Part shown: positions 1 to 10,225 of the stretch, piece after piece
Numbering within the stretch: position 1 is the stretch's first letter
Layout: every line of letters starts with the position of its first letter
Source of the DNA: Lysobacterales bacterium
Lineage (GTDB): Bacteria; Pseudomonadota; Gammaproteobacteria; Xanthomonadales; Xanthomonadaceae
Length of the DNA: 48,511 nt
Direction of reading: 5' to 3'
Assembly (NCBI GenBank): GCA_020442545.1
Contig: JAGRJX010000052.1
Span: 1 to 48,511 of the forward strand
Translations under genes and position numbers: made by a program
Notes under the pieces: generated by a model
What the model was told of the DNA's origin: nothing
Database searches by the model: none
The model's input: the letters and a program-made list of their open reading frames with translations, nothing else

Positions 1-3000
1 CGCCTGATCGAGGCCAGCGCCGGCACCGGCAAGACCTTCACCCTCGCCACGCTGTATCTGCGCGCGCTGCTGGTGCAGCGGCGGCGCGTGCCCGAAGTGC
101 TGGTGGTGACCTTCACCGAAGCGGCCACTACCGAGCTGCGCCTGCGTCTGCGCGCACGGCTGTCGCTGGCGGCAGGACAACTGACTGCGTTCGCTCGCGA
201 TGCCACCATGCTGGACGATGACGCGGCAGCCGATACCGAATCCCGGCTTGTGTGCGCCACGCTGCGTCTGGCGCTCGCCGCTGACAATGATGTCAGCGAT
301 CTGAACCGACACCTCTCGCTGTGTCTGCTCGACCTTGACCAGGCGCCGATTTCGACGTTGCACGGCTTCTGCCAGCGAGCCCTGTCCGACCATGCCTTCG
401 CCAGCGGACACCTGCTCGATCCCGGCGAGCTGGACGGTGACGACCGCCTGCGTCTGCAGGAGGTCTGCGATGCGTTGTGGCGAGAGATCGCCGTCACCGG
501 CGGTGCCCGTGCCCAGGCAATGTCCGCGATGTGGAACAGCCCGGAGGAAATGGCCGCCGCGTTGCACCCGCTGCTGGCACAGCCCGCGCCGCTGTTGCCC
601 GAGCCGCACGGCGACACGAGAACCGACGACGACGCGGCGCTGCAAACGGCTTTCGAGACCCTGGTCAACGCCTGGCAGCGGGACGGTGCCGCGGCGCACG
701 CTGCGCTCCAGCATGCGCTGAGCGACCTCAAGGCCAACATCTACAGCGCCGACAAACTCAACGAAGCCTTCGCCGCACTGGCCGGTCTGGCAGACCTGCC
801 ACGGCCGCCAACCTCCATGCATGAACGCTTTCCGCTGCTCGGCCAGGCGAAGATCGAGCAGGCCACCAAGGCAAGCGCAATCAGGGCCGGGCGCGTGATC
901 CGACATCGCCTGTTTGACGCGGTCGACTCGTTCCTGGCCGCACTGGAAACGCGCAGCTCCCGGCGCGCACAGATCGCCATCGGCCTGCTGCACGAATTGC
1001 GTGCTCAAGCAGCCGTACAACTGGCCGAGCTCAAGCGTCGGCGCCGCGTGCGCAGTTTTGATGACCTTATCGACGACCTGGATCGCGCGCTGGCCGACGG
1101 TGATCGTGGCAAGGCGCTGGCCGCCGCCATCCGCCGCGCGCAGCCGCTGGCGCTGGTCGATGAATTTCAGGACACCGATGATCGGCAATGGCGCATTTTG
1201 CAGCGAATCTACGTCGAAGCCGACCACACGGTCGACGCAGCCACGCTGGTGCTGGTCGGCGACCCCAAACAGGCCATCTACCGCTTCCGCAATGGCGATA
1301 TCCACACCTATCTGCGTGCCGCGGCACAGATGCCGACCGCGTGGCGACTGCCGCGCAACTTCCGCAGCCGGCCTTCGCTGGTGGCTGCAGTGAATGACCT
1401 GTTCGACGCGCGCCAGCGCACCAGCGGCGATGCCTTCGTCGACCCACGCATCGTATTCCAGCCGGTGGATGCGGCGCTGCCCGACGAACGCGTGCTGCTG
1501 CGTGAGGGCGCGGCGCCATCGGCGATGGCACTGTGGTCGCCGCCACCGGCGGAAAGTGGCGAGCGGCGCAAGCGCGATCTGGAGCAAATCGCGCTGGACG
1601 CCACCGTTGCCGATATCTGCGACTGGCTGCAGGCCGCGCGTCGTGGCGAGGCCAGCGTCGCGCAGGGCGAGGAGCGGCGGGCGCTGCGGCCTGGCGACAT
1701 GGCGGTACTGGTTGGCACCAACCCGCAGGCAACGCGAGTGCAGAAGGCGCTGGCCGATCACGGCGTGGCGGCGGTCTGCGCCGGGCAGGAAAGCCTGTTT
1801 GCCGGCGACGAAGCCATTGAACTTCATCGCCTGTTGCGCGCACTGCTGCGGGAGGGCGACAGCCGTGCCCTTCGCGCTGCGCTGGCGACCGACCTGGTTG
1901 GCCTCGACGCAGCCGCCATTGCCGCACTCAACGACGAAAACTCGGAAGGCAGTGGCAGCTTCGACCTTGCCTTGGTCGCCGACTGGCGTCGCTGCTGGCA
2001 CGAGCGCGGCGTGCTCATGCTGGTCGAGCGCCTGCTGCGTGAGGCCGCACCTCGCTGGCTGTCCCGACATGACGGCGCGCGACGCTTCACCAACATGCGT
2101 CACCTTGCCGAACTGCTTGACGAGGCGCGACGCAGCCTGCACGACTGCGCCGACCTGCTGCGCTGGCTGGAACGGCGCATGGCAACTGCCGATCCACGCA
2201 ACGAGGCGGAGCAGCCCCGCCTGGACACCGACGCTGATCGCGTGCAGATCATGACCGTACACAAGAGCAAGGGTCTGGAGTTCGGCATGGTCTATCTGCC
2301 GTTCATCGCGCTGCCATCGGCCGGCCGCAGCAACCGCCGGCTGAGCCTGTTCCGCTACCACGAAGCCAATGACGAGCCGCGCTGGCGCGCCTGCATCGGT
2401 CGCCGCGAAGCACCCGAGGATGCTGCGGCCGAGTTCGCCGCCAGCGACGAGGAGCTGGCCGAGTCCCTGCGTCTGGTTTACGTTGCATTGACCCGCGCGC
2501 GGTGGGCCGTTCGCGCCTTCTGGGTGCCGTGGACACGCGCCAGCAGTTACGGTCTGAGTCACCTGTTTGGCGCCGAGGGCCTGCCCGAAAGTGCCGCTGG
2601 CGATTGCCTGGACAGCGTTGCTGCCGCACACGCCGGACGCATCTCGCACCGACGCCTGAGCGGCGAGGAATCCCCAATCCGGCTGTCGCCCGAAGCCGGG
2701 CATGCAGCGCGACTGTCAGCGTGCCCAGTTCGACCGCGTCCACGCGACGACTGGCGACGGCACAGCTTCAGCGCCCTGGTGCGCGGCGCGAATGCCGTGC
2801 TTGAACGTAGCGCCGCCGCAGCGGATGAAGCGGATGCGGGGCTTGCGATCAACCCGCAGGGTGAAGGTGATGCCTTGGCCGACTGGCCGGGCAACGCCGG
2901 TCCCGCCGGCCCCGGCTTCGGCAACGCGGTGCATGCGCTGCTGGAATCCGCCAATTTTGCCGACTGGCGAGACGGCGACGCGCTGCATGCGCCGATCACT

Positions 3001-3675
3001 GCAGAACGGGCCCTGCTGGCGGCGCTGCAGCGCGAAGGCATCGACCCCGAGCGCATCGACAACAGCGCCAGCGCACGACAACAGGCACTGCGGCTTGCCG
3101 AGGCCGGACTTCTTTCTCCACTACCCATGCTGGACGGCGCCGCTCTGCGACTGATCGACCTGCCGCCAGCCCAATGCCAGCCGGAGCTGGAGTTTGAGCT
3201 GCGCCTGCAGGCCGCTCGCGGCGATCAGCTGCTGCGCCTGCTGCATTCGCACGGCCATCTGCAGGACGTCGCGCACTTCGGCGCGAGAGCTGAATACCTG
3301 CATGGTCTGCTGCACGGCTTCATCGACTTGGTCTACCGCCACGGCGACACGTTCTACCTGCTCGACTACAAGACCAATCGCCTGCCGGCCTACGACGGTC
3401 CAGCGCTTCGCGCGGCCATGCGCGAGCACCACTACGACCTCCAGTACCTGCTCTACGCGCTTGCGCTGCATCGCTGGCTGCGTCAGCGGCTGGGTCCAGG
3501 CTATGACCCGGCACGGCATTTTGGCGGTGCCCGCTACCTGTTCCTTCGTGGACGAGTTGCCGGAACCGGGCCGACGCCTCCAGAACGAGGCCTGTTCGTG
3601 GACCGGCCCCCGGTCGAGTTGCTGGATGCCATGGACCGTCTGTTCGAGGGAAGCGGCAGCGGAGATTCCACGTGA
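1..3675 (+). CDS. recB: Exodeoxyribonuclease V beta subunit RecB (5' end outside window)
   Basis: The frame is open from base 1 (RLIEASAGTGKTFTLATLYL gives the Walker A motif). It also has LVDEFQDTD (helicase motif II), VMTVHKSKGLEF, and the C-terminal RecB nuclease motif GFIDLVY...LLDYKTN. The stop overlaps the recD start as GTGA. Confidence 0.93.
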   Translation, partial: RLIEASAGTGKTFTLATLYLRALLVQRRRVPEVLVVTFTEAATTELRLRLRARLSLAAGQLTAFARDATMLDDDAAADTESRLVCATLRLALAADNDVSDLNRHLSLCLLDLDQAPISTLHGFCQRALSDHAFASGHLLDPGELDGDDRLRLQEVCDALWREIAVTGGARAQAMSAMWNSPEEMAAALHPLLAQPAPLLPEPHGDTRTDDDAALQTAFETLVNAWQRDGAAAHAALQHALSDLKANIYSADKLNEAFAALAGLADLPRPPTSMHERFPLLGQAKIEQATKASAIRAGRVIRHRLFDAVDSFLAALETRSSRRAQIAIGLLHELRAQAAVQLAELKRRRRVRSFDDLIDDLDRALADGDRGKALAAAIRRAQPLALVDEFQDTDDRQWRILQRIYVEADHTVDAATLVLVGDPKQAIYRFRNGDIHTYLRAAAQMPTAWRLPRNFRSRPSLVAAVNDLFDARQRTSGDAFVDPRIVFQPVDAALPDERVLLREGAAPSAMALWSPPPAESGERRKRDLEQIALDATVADICDWLQAARRGEASVAQGEERRALRPGDMAVLVGTNPQATRVQKALADHGVAAVCAGQESLFAGDEAIELHRLLRALLREGDSRALRAALATDLVGLDAAAIAALNDENSEGSGSFDLALVADWRRCWHERGVLMLVERLLREAAPRWLSRHDGARRFTNMRHLAELLDEARRSLHDCADLLRWLERRMATADPRNEAEQPRLDTDADRVQIMTVHKSKGLEFGMVYLPFIALPSAGRSNRRLSLFRYHEANDEPRWRACIGRREAPEDAAAEFAASDEELAESLRLVYVALTRARWAVRAFWVPWTRASSYGLSHLFGAEGLPESAAGDCLDSVAAAHAGRISHRRLSGEESPIRLSPEAGHAARLSACPVRPRPRDDWRRHSFSALVRGANAVLERSAAAADEADAGLAINPQGEGDALADWPGNAGPAGPGFGNAVHALLESANFADWRDGDALHAPITAERALLAALQREGIDPERIDNSASARQQALRLAEAGLLSPLPMLDGAALRLIDLPPAQCQPELEFELRLQAARGDQLLRLLHSHGHLQDVAHFGARAEYLHGLLHGFIDLVYRHGDTFYLLDYKTNRLPAYDGPALRAAMREHHYDLQYLLYALALHRWLRQRLGPGYDPARHFGGARYLFLRGRVAGTGPTPPERGLFVDRPPVELLDAMDRLFEGSGSGDST

Positions 3676-5540
3676 GTGCGGCTGTTCTGAAACGCCTCCG
3701 GGACGCGGGTCTGCTGCGTGAAGTGGATCGCGCGCTGGGTGAGCTGGTGTTGCGTCGGCATCCGCCAGCTGCCGATCCGGTTCGGGAAGCCGTGGCACTG
3801 GCAGCGTCCCTGGCCAGTCGGGCCGTGGTCGCCGGACATAGCGGATTCCACCTCGGGGCGGCCGGCGTCATTCTTGACACGACGGCGCGCACAGGAAGCC
3901 GGGAGCCTTCATTGGCGACGATCGATGCGGACGCCCTGCTGCGCGAGAGCAGCCCCGATGCAGCTGCCTGGCAAAGCCTGCTGCTGCAGTCGCCATGGGT
4001 CGGCCGCCACCCCGACGACTGCGCCCCGCTGTGCCTGCCGGACAGCAGCGGCACAGCCCCGGAACAGGCGCTGCTGCAGCTGCGTCGCTATGCACGCCAC
4101 GAGCAGCGGGTGGCCGAGCAGCTTCTGGCGCGTCGCGGCTCGTCTGGCGTGGATGGCGACCGCGTTGCGGCCGTGCTGGCATCGCGCTTCGATGCCGCCG
4201 ACCCCCTGGATGCGGACCCGCTGCGTGCCGCGCGCATCGCGCTGGACTCGCGGCTGCTGATCCTCTGCGGCGGCCCGGGAACCGGCAAGACACACACCGT
4301 GCTGCGGCTGCTCGATGCCGTGGTCGCCGCCGACCCGACCGTGCACCGTATCCATCTTGCCGCACCCACCGGCAAGGCGGCATCGCGACTGGATGACAGC
4401 CTGCGGCAGCGTCTGCCGGCCATGGATCGTGACGGCCGCATCGCTGCTGCACTGGGATCTGCTGGCAAGTCATCTTCAACCCGGACCCTGCATCGTCTGC
4501 TCGGATTGCGCTCCGACGGCGGCCAACCGCGACACCATGTCGGCTGTCCGCTGCCCACTGATCTGCTGGTCGTCGATGAAGTCTCGATGGTCGATCTGCC
4601 GCTGATGGCGCGACTGCTGGACGCCCTGCCGCCTTCCGCACGGCTGCTGCTGATCGGTGATCACGACCAGCTGGCCTCGGTGGAAACCGGCGACGTGCTG
4701 TCCGCCCTGAACGCCGCCGCACAGGACAACGGACCACTGTCCGGGCATCGGGTCACGCTTCGACATAATCACCGTTTCGGCACCGGCTCGACAATCGGCC
4801 GCCTCGCCGAGGCGATCCGGGCCGGTGATCCGATGAAGGTGCGCGAATGCCTGACCGGCGACCGGTCACTGCATCAGGATGGCATCGGCACCGAGCATAC
4901 GCGGGTGCAGCTGATCGAAAAGGCATCGGCGCTACATCGGCGTCTGCACGCGATGACCGACCCCTGCCTCGCCTTGTCGCTGATGGACGACGAGCGGATC
5001 CTCTGCGCACTGCGGCGCGGCCCGCTGGGTGCGGATGCCATCAATCGCGACATCGATTCGCTGCTGATCGCCGCCCATGGCCGGCTGGGTGACGGCAGCC
5101 GCAACGTTCACTATCCGGGACGACTGCTGCTGATCCGCGAAAACCAGCCGCGCCTTGGCCTCGCCAACGGCGATGCCGGCGTTGTGCTCGCTGCGGGCGA
5201 CGGCCGCCTTGAAGCCTGGTTCCGCGATGGACAAGGGGCGCCCCGCGCCTTGCCACTGGCATTGCTGCCGGCACACCAGTCGGCCTGGGCGCTAAGCGTG
5301 CACCAGAGCCAGGGCTCGGAGTACGAACACGTCGACATTGTGCTGGGCGAAAAGAAAAGCCGCGTGCTGGGCCGCCAGCTGCTCTACACCGCGGTTACCC
5401 GTGCTCGCCGCTCGCTCTGCCTGTTTGCGGGACCGGATGTGCTGGAGACCGCCATCGCACGTCGCCTGACGCGCGTCAGTGGACTGTCCCGGCGCCTACG
5501 CTCCGGCGAGCGCGGCGGGGCCGACACCGACGTGGGGTAG
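3672..5540 (+). CDS. recD: Exodeoxyribonuclease V alpha subunit RecD
   Basis: GTG start overlaps the recB TGA. Motifs present: CGGPGTGKTHTV (Walker A), LVVDEVSMVD (Walker B) and SVHQSQGSEY. Sits immediately downstream of recB. Confidence 0.92.
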   Translation: MSAAVLKRLRDAGLLREVDRALGELVLRRHPPAADPVREAVALAASLASRAVVAGHSGFHLGAAGVILDTTARTGSREPSLATIDADALLRESSPDAAAWQSLLLQSPWVGRHPDDCAPLCLPDSSGTAPEQALLQLRRYARHEQRVAEQLLARRGSSGVDGDRVAAVLASRFDAADPLDADPLRAARIALDSRLLILCGGPGTGKTHTVLRLLDAVVAADPTVHRIHLAAPTGKAASRLDDSLRQRLPAMDRDGRIAAALGSAGKSSSTRTLHRLLGLRSDGGQPRHHVGCPLPTDLLVVDEVSMVDLPLMARLLDALPPSARLLLIGDHDQLASVETGDVLSALNAAAQDNGPLSGHRVTLRHNHRFGTGSTIGRLAEAIRAGDPMKVRECLTGDRSLHQDGIGTEHTRVQLIEKASALHRRLHAMTDPCLALSLMDDERILCALRRGPLGADAINRDIDSLLIAAHGRLGDGSRNVHYPGRLLLIRENQPRLGLANGDAGVVLAAGDGRLEAWFRDGQGAPRALPLALLPAHQSAWALSVHQSQGSEYEHVDIVLGEKKSRVLGRQLLYTAVTRARRSLCLFAGPDVLETAIARRLTRVSGLSRRLRSGERGGADTDVG

Positions 5541-5696
5541 GATTTTTCCTACCCTGGAATCAGACTTTTCCGATACCGCTGGTCAAGCGACAAAGGCACT
5601 CTGGACTTGTCGCGGGGGAAACCGGTTCCGGCACCACCCCCGGGGTGTCGAACCGAGGTACCGGCTTCGGCCGGTAGCGACGCGGTACCGCGCGGC

Positions 5697-5734
5697 ACGC
5701 CCCGCTCCTGCCAGGGAGTGGGGCGTTCTTTTCT
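5697..5734 (+). terminator. Intrinsic terminator-like hairpin plus T-run, oriented for the + strand
   Basis: acgccccgctcc (5697-5708) pairs with ggagtggggcgt (5715-5726), 12 bp with one G-U, followed by tcttttct (5727-5734). It lies about 160 nt beyond the recD stop, and the reverse orientation has no T-run. Confidence 0.6.
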
Positions 5735-5795
5735 GTCTGACCAGCCGATGTTCGCCGCGCTCCGTGGCGAAGGGTTTGCCCTCGCCCGGTCTGCT

Positions 5796-8015
5796 TCAGT
5801 CGGACTGCTGCGGCGTCGACGTCAGGTCGGCCATGTCGCCAGGGTGCTGAACCTCGGCAGCCAGCCGCTTGTCCGCCCCAAGCAGGTCGATAGCATCCGC
5901 CAGGATCGCCGCGCTCTCGCGCAGCAGCACGTCCGGCGCGTCATCGGCGGCCTCCTCGCGGGCCACCTGCTCGGTGACGGCGCGCTCGTTGGCCTGCAAA
6001 CCGTCGTCGGCACGCGCCTGCAGCGCATCGGGCAGGGCCTTGCCCAGCTTCTTGCGCTCTTCGGCTCGCGCCTGACGCTTGACTTCGGCCTTCTCGCGCT
6101 CGGCGATGCGGGTCGCCTCGTTCAAGGAAACCACGGTTTCCTTGCGCTGACGGCGATAGTCGGCGACGTCCTGCGCCCACCACTGGAACTCAGGATCCTT
6201 GGCCACCCGCGCCTCGTGTCGGGCTTCGAGCAGCGGCGTCAGCGGCTTGAAGTTGCCGACCGCATGGAAATCCGCCGTGGCCACCCTGGCCCACGGCAGC
6301 GCATTGTCGTAGCTGCTCTCGCCATAGTCGTCCGCGTCGAGCGTCATCGGGAAAGCGATATCCGGCACCACGCCCTTGTTCTGCGTGGATCCGCCGGCGA
6401 CGCGGAAGAACTGCGCGACGGTCAGCTTGAGGTTTCCATAGCGTGGCTTCTCACTGCGTGAAAACATGTCGAGGTCGACCAGGTTCTGCACCGTGCCCTT
6501 GCCGTAGGTCGGCTCACCGATGATCAGGCCGCGGCCGTAGTCCTGGATGGCACCGGAGAAAATTTCCGAAGCTGAGGCCGATGCGCGATTGACCAGCACC
6601 GCCAACGGACCGTCCCAGGCCACGCCGGCATCAGCATCGCTCTCAATCTCGGGATTCGATCCGGCATTCTTCACCTGCACCACCGGCCCCTTGTCGATGA
6701 ACAGGCCGGTGAGCTCGATGGCTTCGGTGAGCGATCCGCCGCCGTTGTTGCGCAGGTCAATGACGACGCCATCGATGCCGGCACCATCCACCTTTTCGGC
6801 GGACAGCTCGCGCAGCAGCTTGGCGACGTCGCGGGTGGCAGAGCGGTAATCCGGATCGTGCCGGCGACGCGCATCGAAATCCTGGTAGAAACCGGGCAGT
6901 TCAATCACCCCGATCCGATGCCGGGCCTCGCCATCGCCGACTTCAATCACCGACTTCTTGGCGGCCTGCTCCTCCAGCTTGACCTTCTGCCGCACAATCG
7001 CAATCTGCTGGTGCGCACCATCAATGCCGGCTTCGGTGGGCAGGATTTCCAGGCGCACCGTGCTGTCCTTGGGGCCGCGAATCAGGTCGACGACATCATC
7101 AATTCGCCAGCCCACGACGTCGGTATAGGGACCGGACGTTCCCTGTCCCACGGCCACGATACGGTCACCGACCTTGAGCTTGCCGGAAAGGTCGGCTGGA
7201 CCACCGGGAACGATGCTGCGGATGACGGTGTACTCGTCCTTGCGCTGCAGCACCGCACCGATGCCTTCCAGCGATAGGCGCATGCTGATGCTGAAGTTCT
7301 CCGAGGTCCGCGGCGTCATGTACGACGTGTGCGGATCCAGCGACAGCGCGTAGGCGTTGAGGAAGGTCTGGAACACGTCGTCGCTCTTGAGCTCGCGCAC
7401 ACGCTCCTCGAAACCGGCGTAGCGGCGGTCCAGGGTCTTGCGGATTTCCGCCGCCTCCTTCCCGGCCAGCTTCAGGCGCAGCCAGTCGTTCTTGACCCGC
7501 TGCCGCCACAGCTCGTCCAGCTCGGCGGTGCTGCCGGCCCAGGCCGCCTCGTCGCGATCATGGTCATAGCTCTCGTCGATACTGAAGTCCCAGTCACGCA
7601 CCAGCAGCTTTCTTGCCACGGCGGTGCGCTGGGCCACGCGCTGCACGTAGACATTGAAGATGTCGAACGCCGGCTGCAGCTGGCCACTGCGAATGGCGTC
7701 ATCCAGCGCGTCGCGATTGGCGTCGAAGTGCGCAATGTCGGAGGCAAGGAAGAACAGCTTGTCACCGTCCAGCGAATCCAGGTAGCGCTGGTAGATCTGC
7801 TCGGACATGGCGTCGTCAAGCGGCTCGGCGCGATAGTGGTATCGGCTGTTGCTGAGCAGGTGGGCGACGTAGCGCGCGGCCTGATCCTGGTCGGCTTCCG
7901 GTGCCAGCGTGGCCAGCGTCGACTTCGACTCGTCCGCCTGCACGGTCACGCCGCCGATGGCGAAAAGACCGAGTGCAATGGCGATCAGGGGAGACAGCAG
8001 GCTTCGCTTCAACAT
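5796..8015 (-). CDS. prc: Carboxy-terminal processing (tail-specific) protease Prc
   Basis: About 740-aa protein with signal peptide MLKRSLLSPLIAIALGLFAIGG. It has a PDZ-like region (GDRIVAVG) and an S41 peptidase core (NRASASASEIFSGAIQDYGRG, TYGKGTVQ). An SD-like GAAGGA precedes the ATG at 8015; the track ORF extends to 8045. Confidence 0.9.
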   Translation of the reverse strand: MLKRSLLSPLIAIALGLFAIGGVTVQADESKSTLATLAPEADQDQAARYVAHLLSNSRYHYRAEPLDDAMSEQIYQRYLDSLDGDKLFFLASDIAHFDANRDALDDAIRSGQLQPAFDIFNVYVQRVAQRTAVARKLLVRDWDFSIDESYDHDRDEAAWAGSTAELDELWRQRVKNDWLRLKLAGKEAAEIRKTLDRRYAGFEERVRELKSDDVFQTFLNAYALSLDPHTSYMTPRTSENFSISMRLSLEGIGAVLQRKDEYTVIRSIVPGGPADLSGKLKVGDRIVAVGQGTSGPYTDVVGWRIDDVVDLIRGPKDSTVRLEILPTEAGIDGAHQQIAIVRQKVKLEEQAAKKSVIEVGDGEARHRIGVIELPGFYQDFDARRRHDPDYRSATRDVAKLLRELSAEKVDGAGIDGVVIDLRNNGGGSLTEAIELTGLFIDKGPVVQVKNAGSNPEIESDADAGVAWDGPLAVLVNRASASASEIFSGAIQDYGRGLIIGEPTYGKGTVQNLVDLDMFSRSEKPRYGNLKLTVAQFFRVAGGSTQNKGVVPDIAFPMTLDADDYGESSYDNALPWARVATADFHAVGNFKPLTPLLEARHEARVAKDPEFQWWAQDVADYRRQRKETVVSLNEATRIAEREKAEVKRQARAEERKKLGKALPDALQARADDGLQANERAVTEQVAREEAADDAPDVLLRESAAILADAIDLLGADKRLAAEVQHPGDMADLTSTPQQSD

Positions 8016-8208
8016 GGTGGATTCCTTCGGCCGCAGCCGCATCAATCAGTAAACAGGCGGTCGGCGCACGGCCGACGGCTCAGGTTAGCACCCAGACTGC
8101 GCCGGTTCCGCAGCATTGGCCTGTGCCATCGGTTGAGGGACGCACGCGCCGGTCGCGTTCAGCTTCGACCGGAGAATGCCGTCGAGGTTCAGGCCCCGGT
8201 GTGGCCGT

Positions 8209-9213
8209 TCAGCCAAGAGCTACCAGGCCGGAATCCTTTGCCATGCGATCGGCATGGTAGGACGAGCGCACCAGCGGCCCGGATGCCACGTGGGTGAAGC
8301 CGAGTTCATTGCCGAAACGCTCAAGTTCGGCAAACTCGTCCGGCGTCCAGTAGCGGATCACCGGATGATGATGCGCACTGGGCTGCAGGTACTGGCCGAT
8401 GGTGATCATGTCGACATCGTGTGCGCGCAGGTCGCGCAGGGTTTCCTGCACCTGCGCCATGGTTTCGCCCAGGCCCAGCATGATGCCGGACTTGGTCGGA
8501 ACATCCGGATGCTGCGCCTTGAAGCGGCGCAGCAGGTCCAGCGACCACTGGTAATCCGCGCCCGGGCGCACGTCGCGATACAGGTGCGGCACGGTTTCCA
8601 GGTTGTGGTTGAACACGTCCGGCGGCGACTCGGCGAGAATTTCCAGCGCGCGATCCATGCGGCCCTTGCCCCGAAAATCCGGGGTCAGGATCTCGATCCG
8701 CGTGTCTGGACTCGCCAGGCGGATTTCCTGGATGCAGGCCACGAAATGCCCGGCGCCGCCATCGCGCAGGTCGTCGCGATCCACCGACGTGACCACGACG
8801 TACTTGAGCCGCATGTCGGCAACGGTAGTGGCAAGACTGATCGGCTCGGCCGGATCGGGCGGCTTCGGCCGACCATGCGCCACGTCGCAGAAAGAGCAGC
8901 GACGGGTACAGACTTCGCCAAGGATCATGAAGGTCGCCGTGCCGTGGCTGAAGCATTCGTGGATGTTCGGGCAGCTGGCTTCCTCGCAGACCGTCACCAG
9001 GCGGTTCTCGCGCAGCCGCGACTTGAGCCTGGCGACCGCGTTGCCCGACGGGATGCGCACGCGGATCCAGTCCGGCTTGCGCAGCGCGGGACGGTCAGCA
9101 TCGAATTTCACCGGACTGCTGGCGATCTTGTCCTCGCCTTTCTGTGCCTGGCCGACAACCAGCAGCGGAATGCCTTTTTCGGTGGCGTTGGTCTTGGCGG
9201 AAGAGTCGGACAT
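8209..9213 (-). CDS. lipA: Lipoyl synthase LipA (radical SAM)
   Basis: Contains [12 protein letters not shown] and the [10 protein letters not shown] (CxxxCxxC) clusters. Start chosen at MSDSSAKT; the upstream extension to 9300 looks non-coding. Lies downstream of lipB. Confidence 0.93.
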   Translation of the reverse strand: MSDSSAKTNATEKGIPLLVVGQAQKGEDKIASSPVKFDADRPALRKPDWIRVRIPSGNAVARLKSRLRENRLVTVCEEASCPNIHECFSHGTATFMILGEVCTRRCSFCDVAHGRPKPPDPAEPISLATTVADMRLKYVVVTSVDRDDLRDGGAGHFVACIQEIRLASPDTRIEILTPDFRGKGRMDRALEILAESPPDVFNHNLETVPHLYRDVRPGADYQWSLDLLRRFKAQHPDVPTKSGIMLGLGETMAQVQETLRDLRAHDVDMITIGQYLQPSAHHHPVIRYWTPDEFAELERFGNELGFTHVASGPLVRSSYHADRMAKDSGLVALG

Positions 9214-9241
9214 GGCGGCAGGACGAGAGATGATCGGACGG

Positions 9242-9919
9242 TCAGGCGACGGGAGAAACGGGGAGCATTGCCGGCGGCTCGGTGGCGGCTTCGAGATCAA
9301 GCCCGAACTGGCGGGCCAGCCCGGCCAGCAGCACCGGCTTCACCGTTCCCATCGCGGCGGGACCGCCCAATTCTAGCACCGAGGTCACCGCCAGACCGGC
9401 AAAACCGCAGGGATTGATGCGAGCGAACGGCTCCAGGTCCATGGCGATGTTGAAGGCCAGGCCATGGAAGGTGCAGCCGCGACGCACGCGAATCCCGAGA
9501 GCCGCCACCTTGGCCTCGCCGACATAGACGCCGGGCGCGCCATCGCGGCGAGCAGCGGTGATGTCGAAGTGCGCCAGCGAGTCGATGATGGCCTGCTCGA
9601 TGCGATGCACGTAGTCGCGTACGCCGATCTTCAGGCGGCGCAGGTCGAGCAGCGGATAGGCGACGATCTGGCCGGGGCCGTGATAGGTCACCTGGCCGCC
9701 ACGATCGACCTTGAGCACCGGGATGTCGCCGGGCGCCAGCACGTGCTCCGGCTTGCCGGCCTGCCCCAGGGTGAACACCGGTGGGTGTTCAACCAGCCAG
9801 ATTTCGTCTTCCGTGTGTTCGTCGCGGGCGTCGGTGAATGCCTGCATGGCGCGCCATACCGGCTCGTAGTCGACGCGACCGAGATCGCGAACCTGGCAGC
9901 GCCGCTTCACAGCGTCCAC
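9242..9919 (-). CDS. lipB: Octanoyltransferase LipB
   Basis: Contains [15 protein letters not shown] and a C-terminal CGF motif (INPCGFAG). Conserved ybeD-lipB-lipA order. Confidence 0.92.
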   Translation of the reverse strand: MDAVKRRCQVRDLGRVDYEPVWRAMQAFTDARDEHTEDEIWLVEHPPVFTLGQAGKPEHVLAPGDIPVLKVDRGGQVTYHGPGQIVAYPLLDLRRLKIGVRDYVHRIEQAIIDSLAHFDITAARRDGAPGVYVGEAKVAALGIRVRRGCTFHGLAFNIAMDLEPFARINPCGFAGLAVTSVLELGGPAAMGTVKPVLLAGLARQFGLDLEAATEPPAMLPVSPVA

Positions 9920-10185
9920 TTCACCCCGGGATGTTCGCGCAGGGCTTCATGGGCGCGGTCGTAGTCCTCGCGACTGGTCGCATGAAAACCGATGCGCACG
10001 GACACATAGCGTCCGGCACTGGAGGCGCGCGAACTCACCGTCTCGTGGCGGACGCGGATGCCGGCCGCTTCCAGCAGCTTCGGCAGCGCGGTTTCCAGAT
10101 GCGCGTCGGCACTGCCCATGGCGCTCAGCTCGAAGTCACCGGGAAACTGGAAACCGTGGTCGGGGTTGTCGGAATGAATGGTCAT
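9907..10185 (-). CDS. ybeD: YbeD/DUF493 family small protein
   Basis: 92 aa from [24 protein letters not shown], matching the YbeD pattern. It occupies the conserved position between dacA and lipB. The longer ORF to 10335 overlaps the dacA-like 3' end and is unlikely. Confidence 0.8.
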   Translation of the reverse strand: MTIHSDNPDHGFQFPGDFELSAMGSADAHLETALPKLLEAAGIRVRHETVSSRASSAGRYVSVRIGFHATSREDYDRAHEALREHPGVKWTL

Positions 10186-10225
10186 TCTGCGGATATGCGG
10201 CCTGACAGCGGGGAAAGCAAGACGA

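Noticed and set aside
5640-5695. Possible tRNA (gtcgaacc T-loop-like string and a UUCG hairpin)
   Set aside because: No cloverleaf can be drawn: there is no acceptor stem, no D-arm and no GTTCGAATC-type T-arm.
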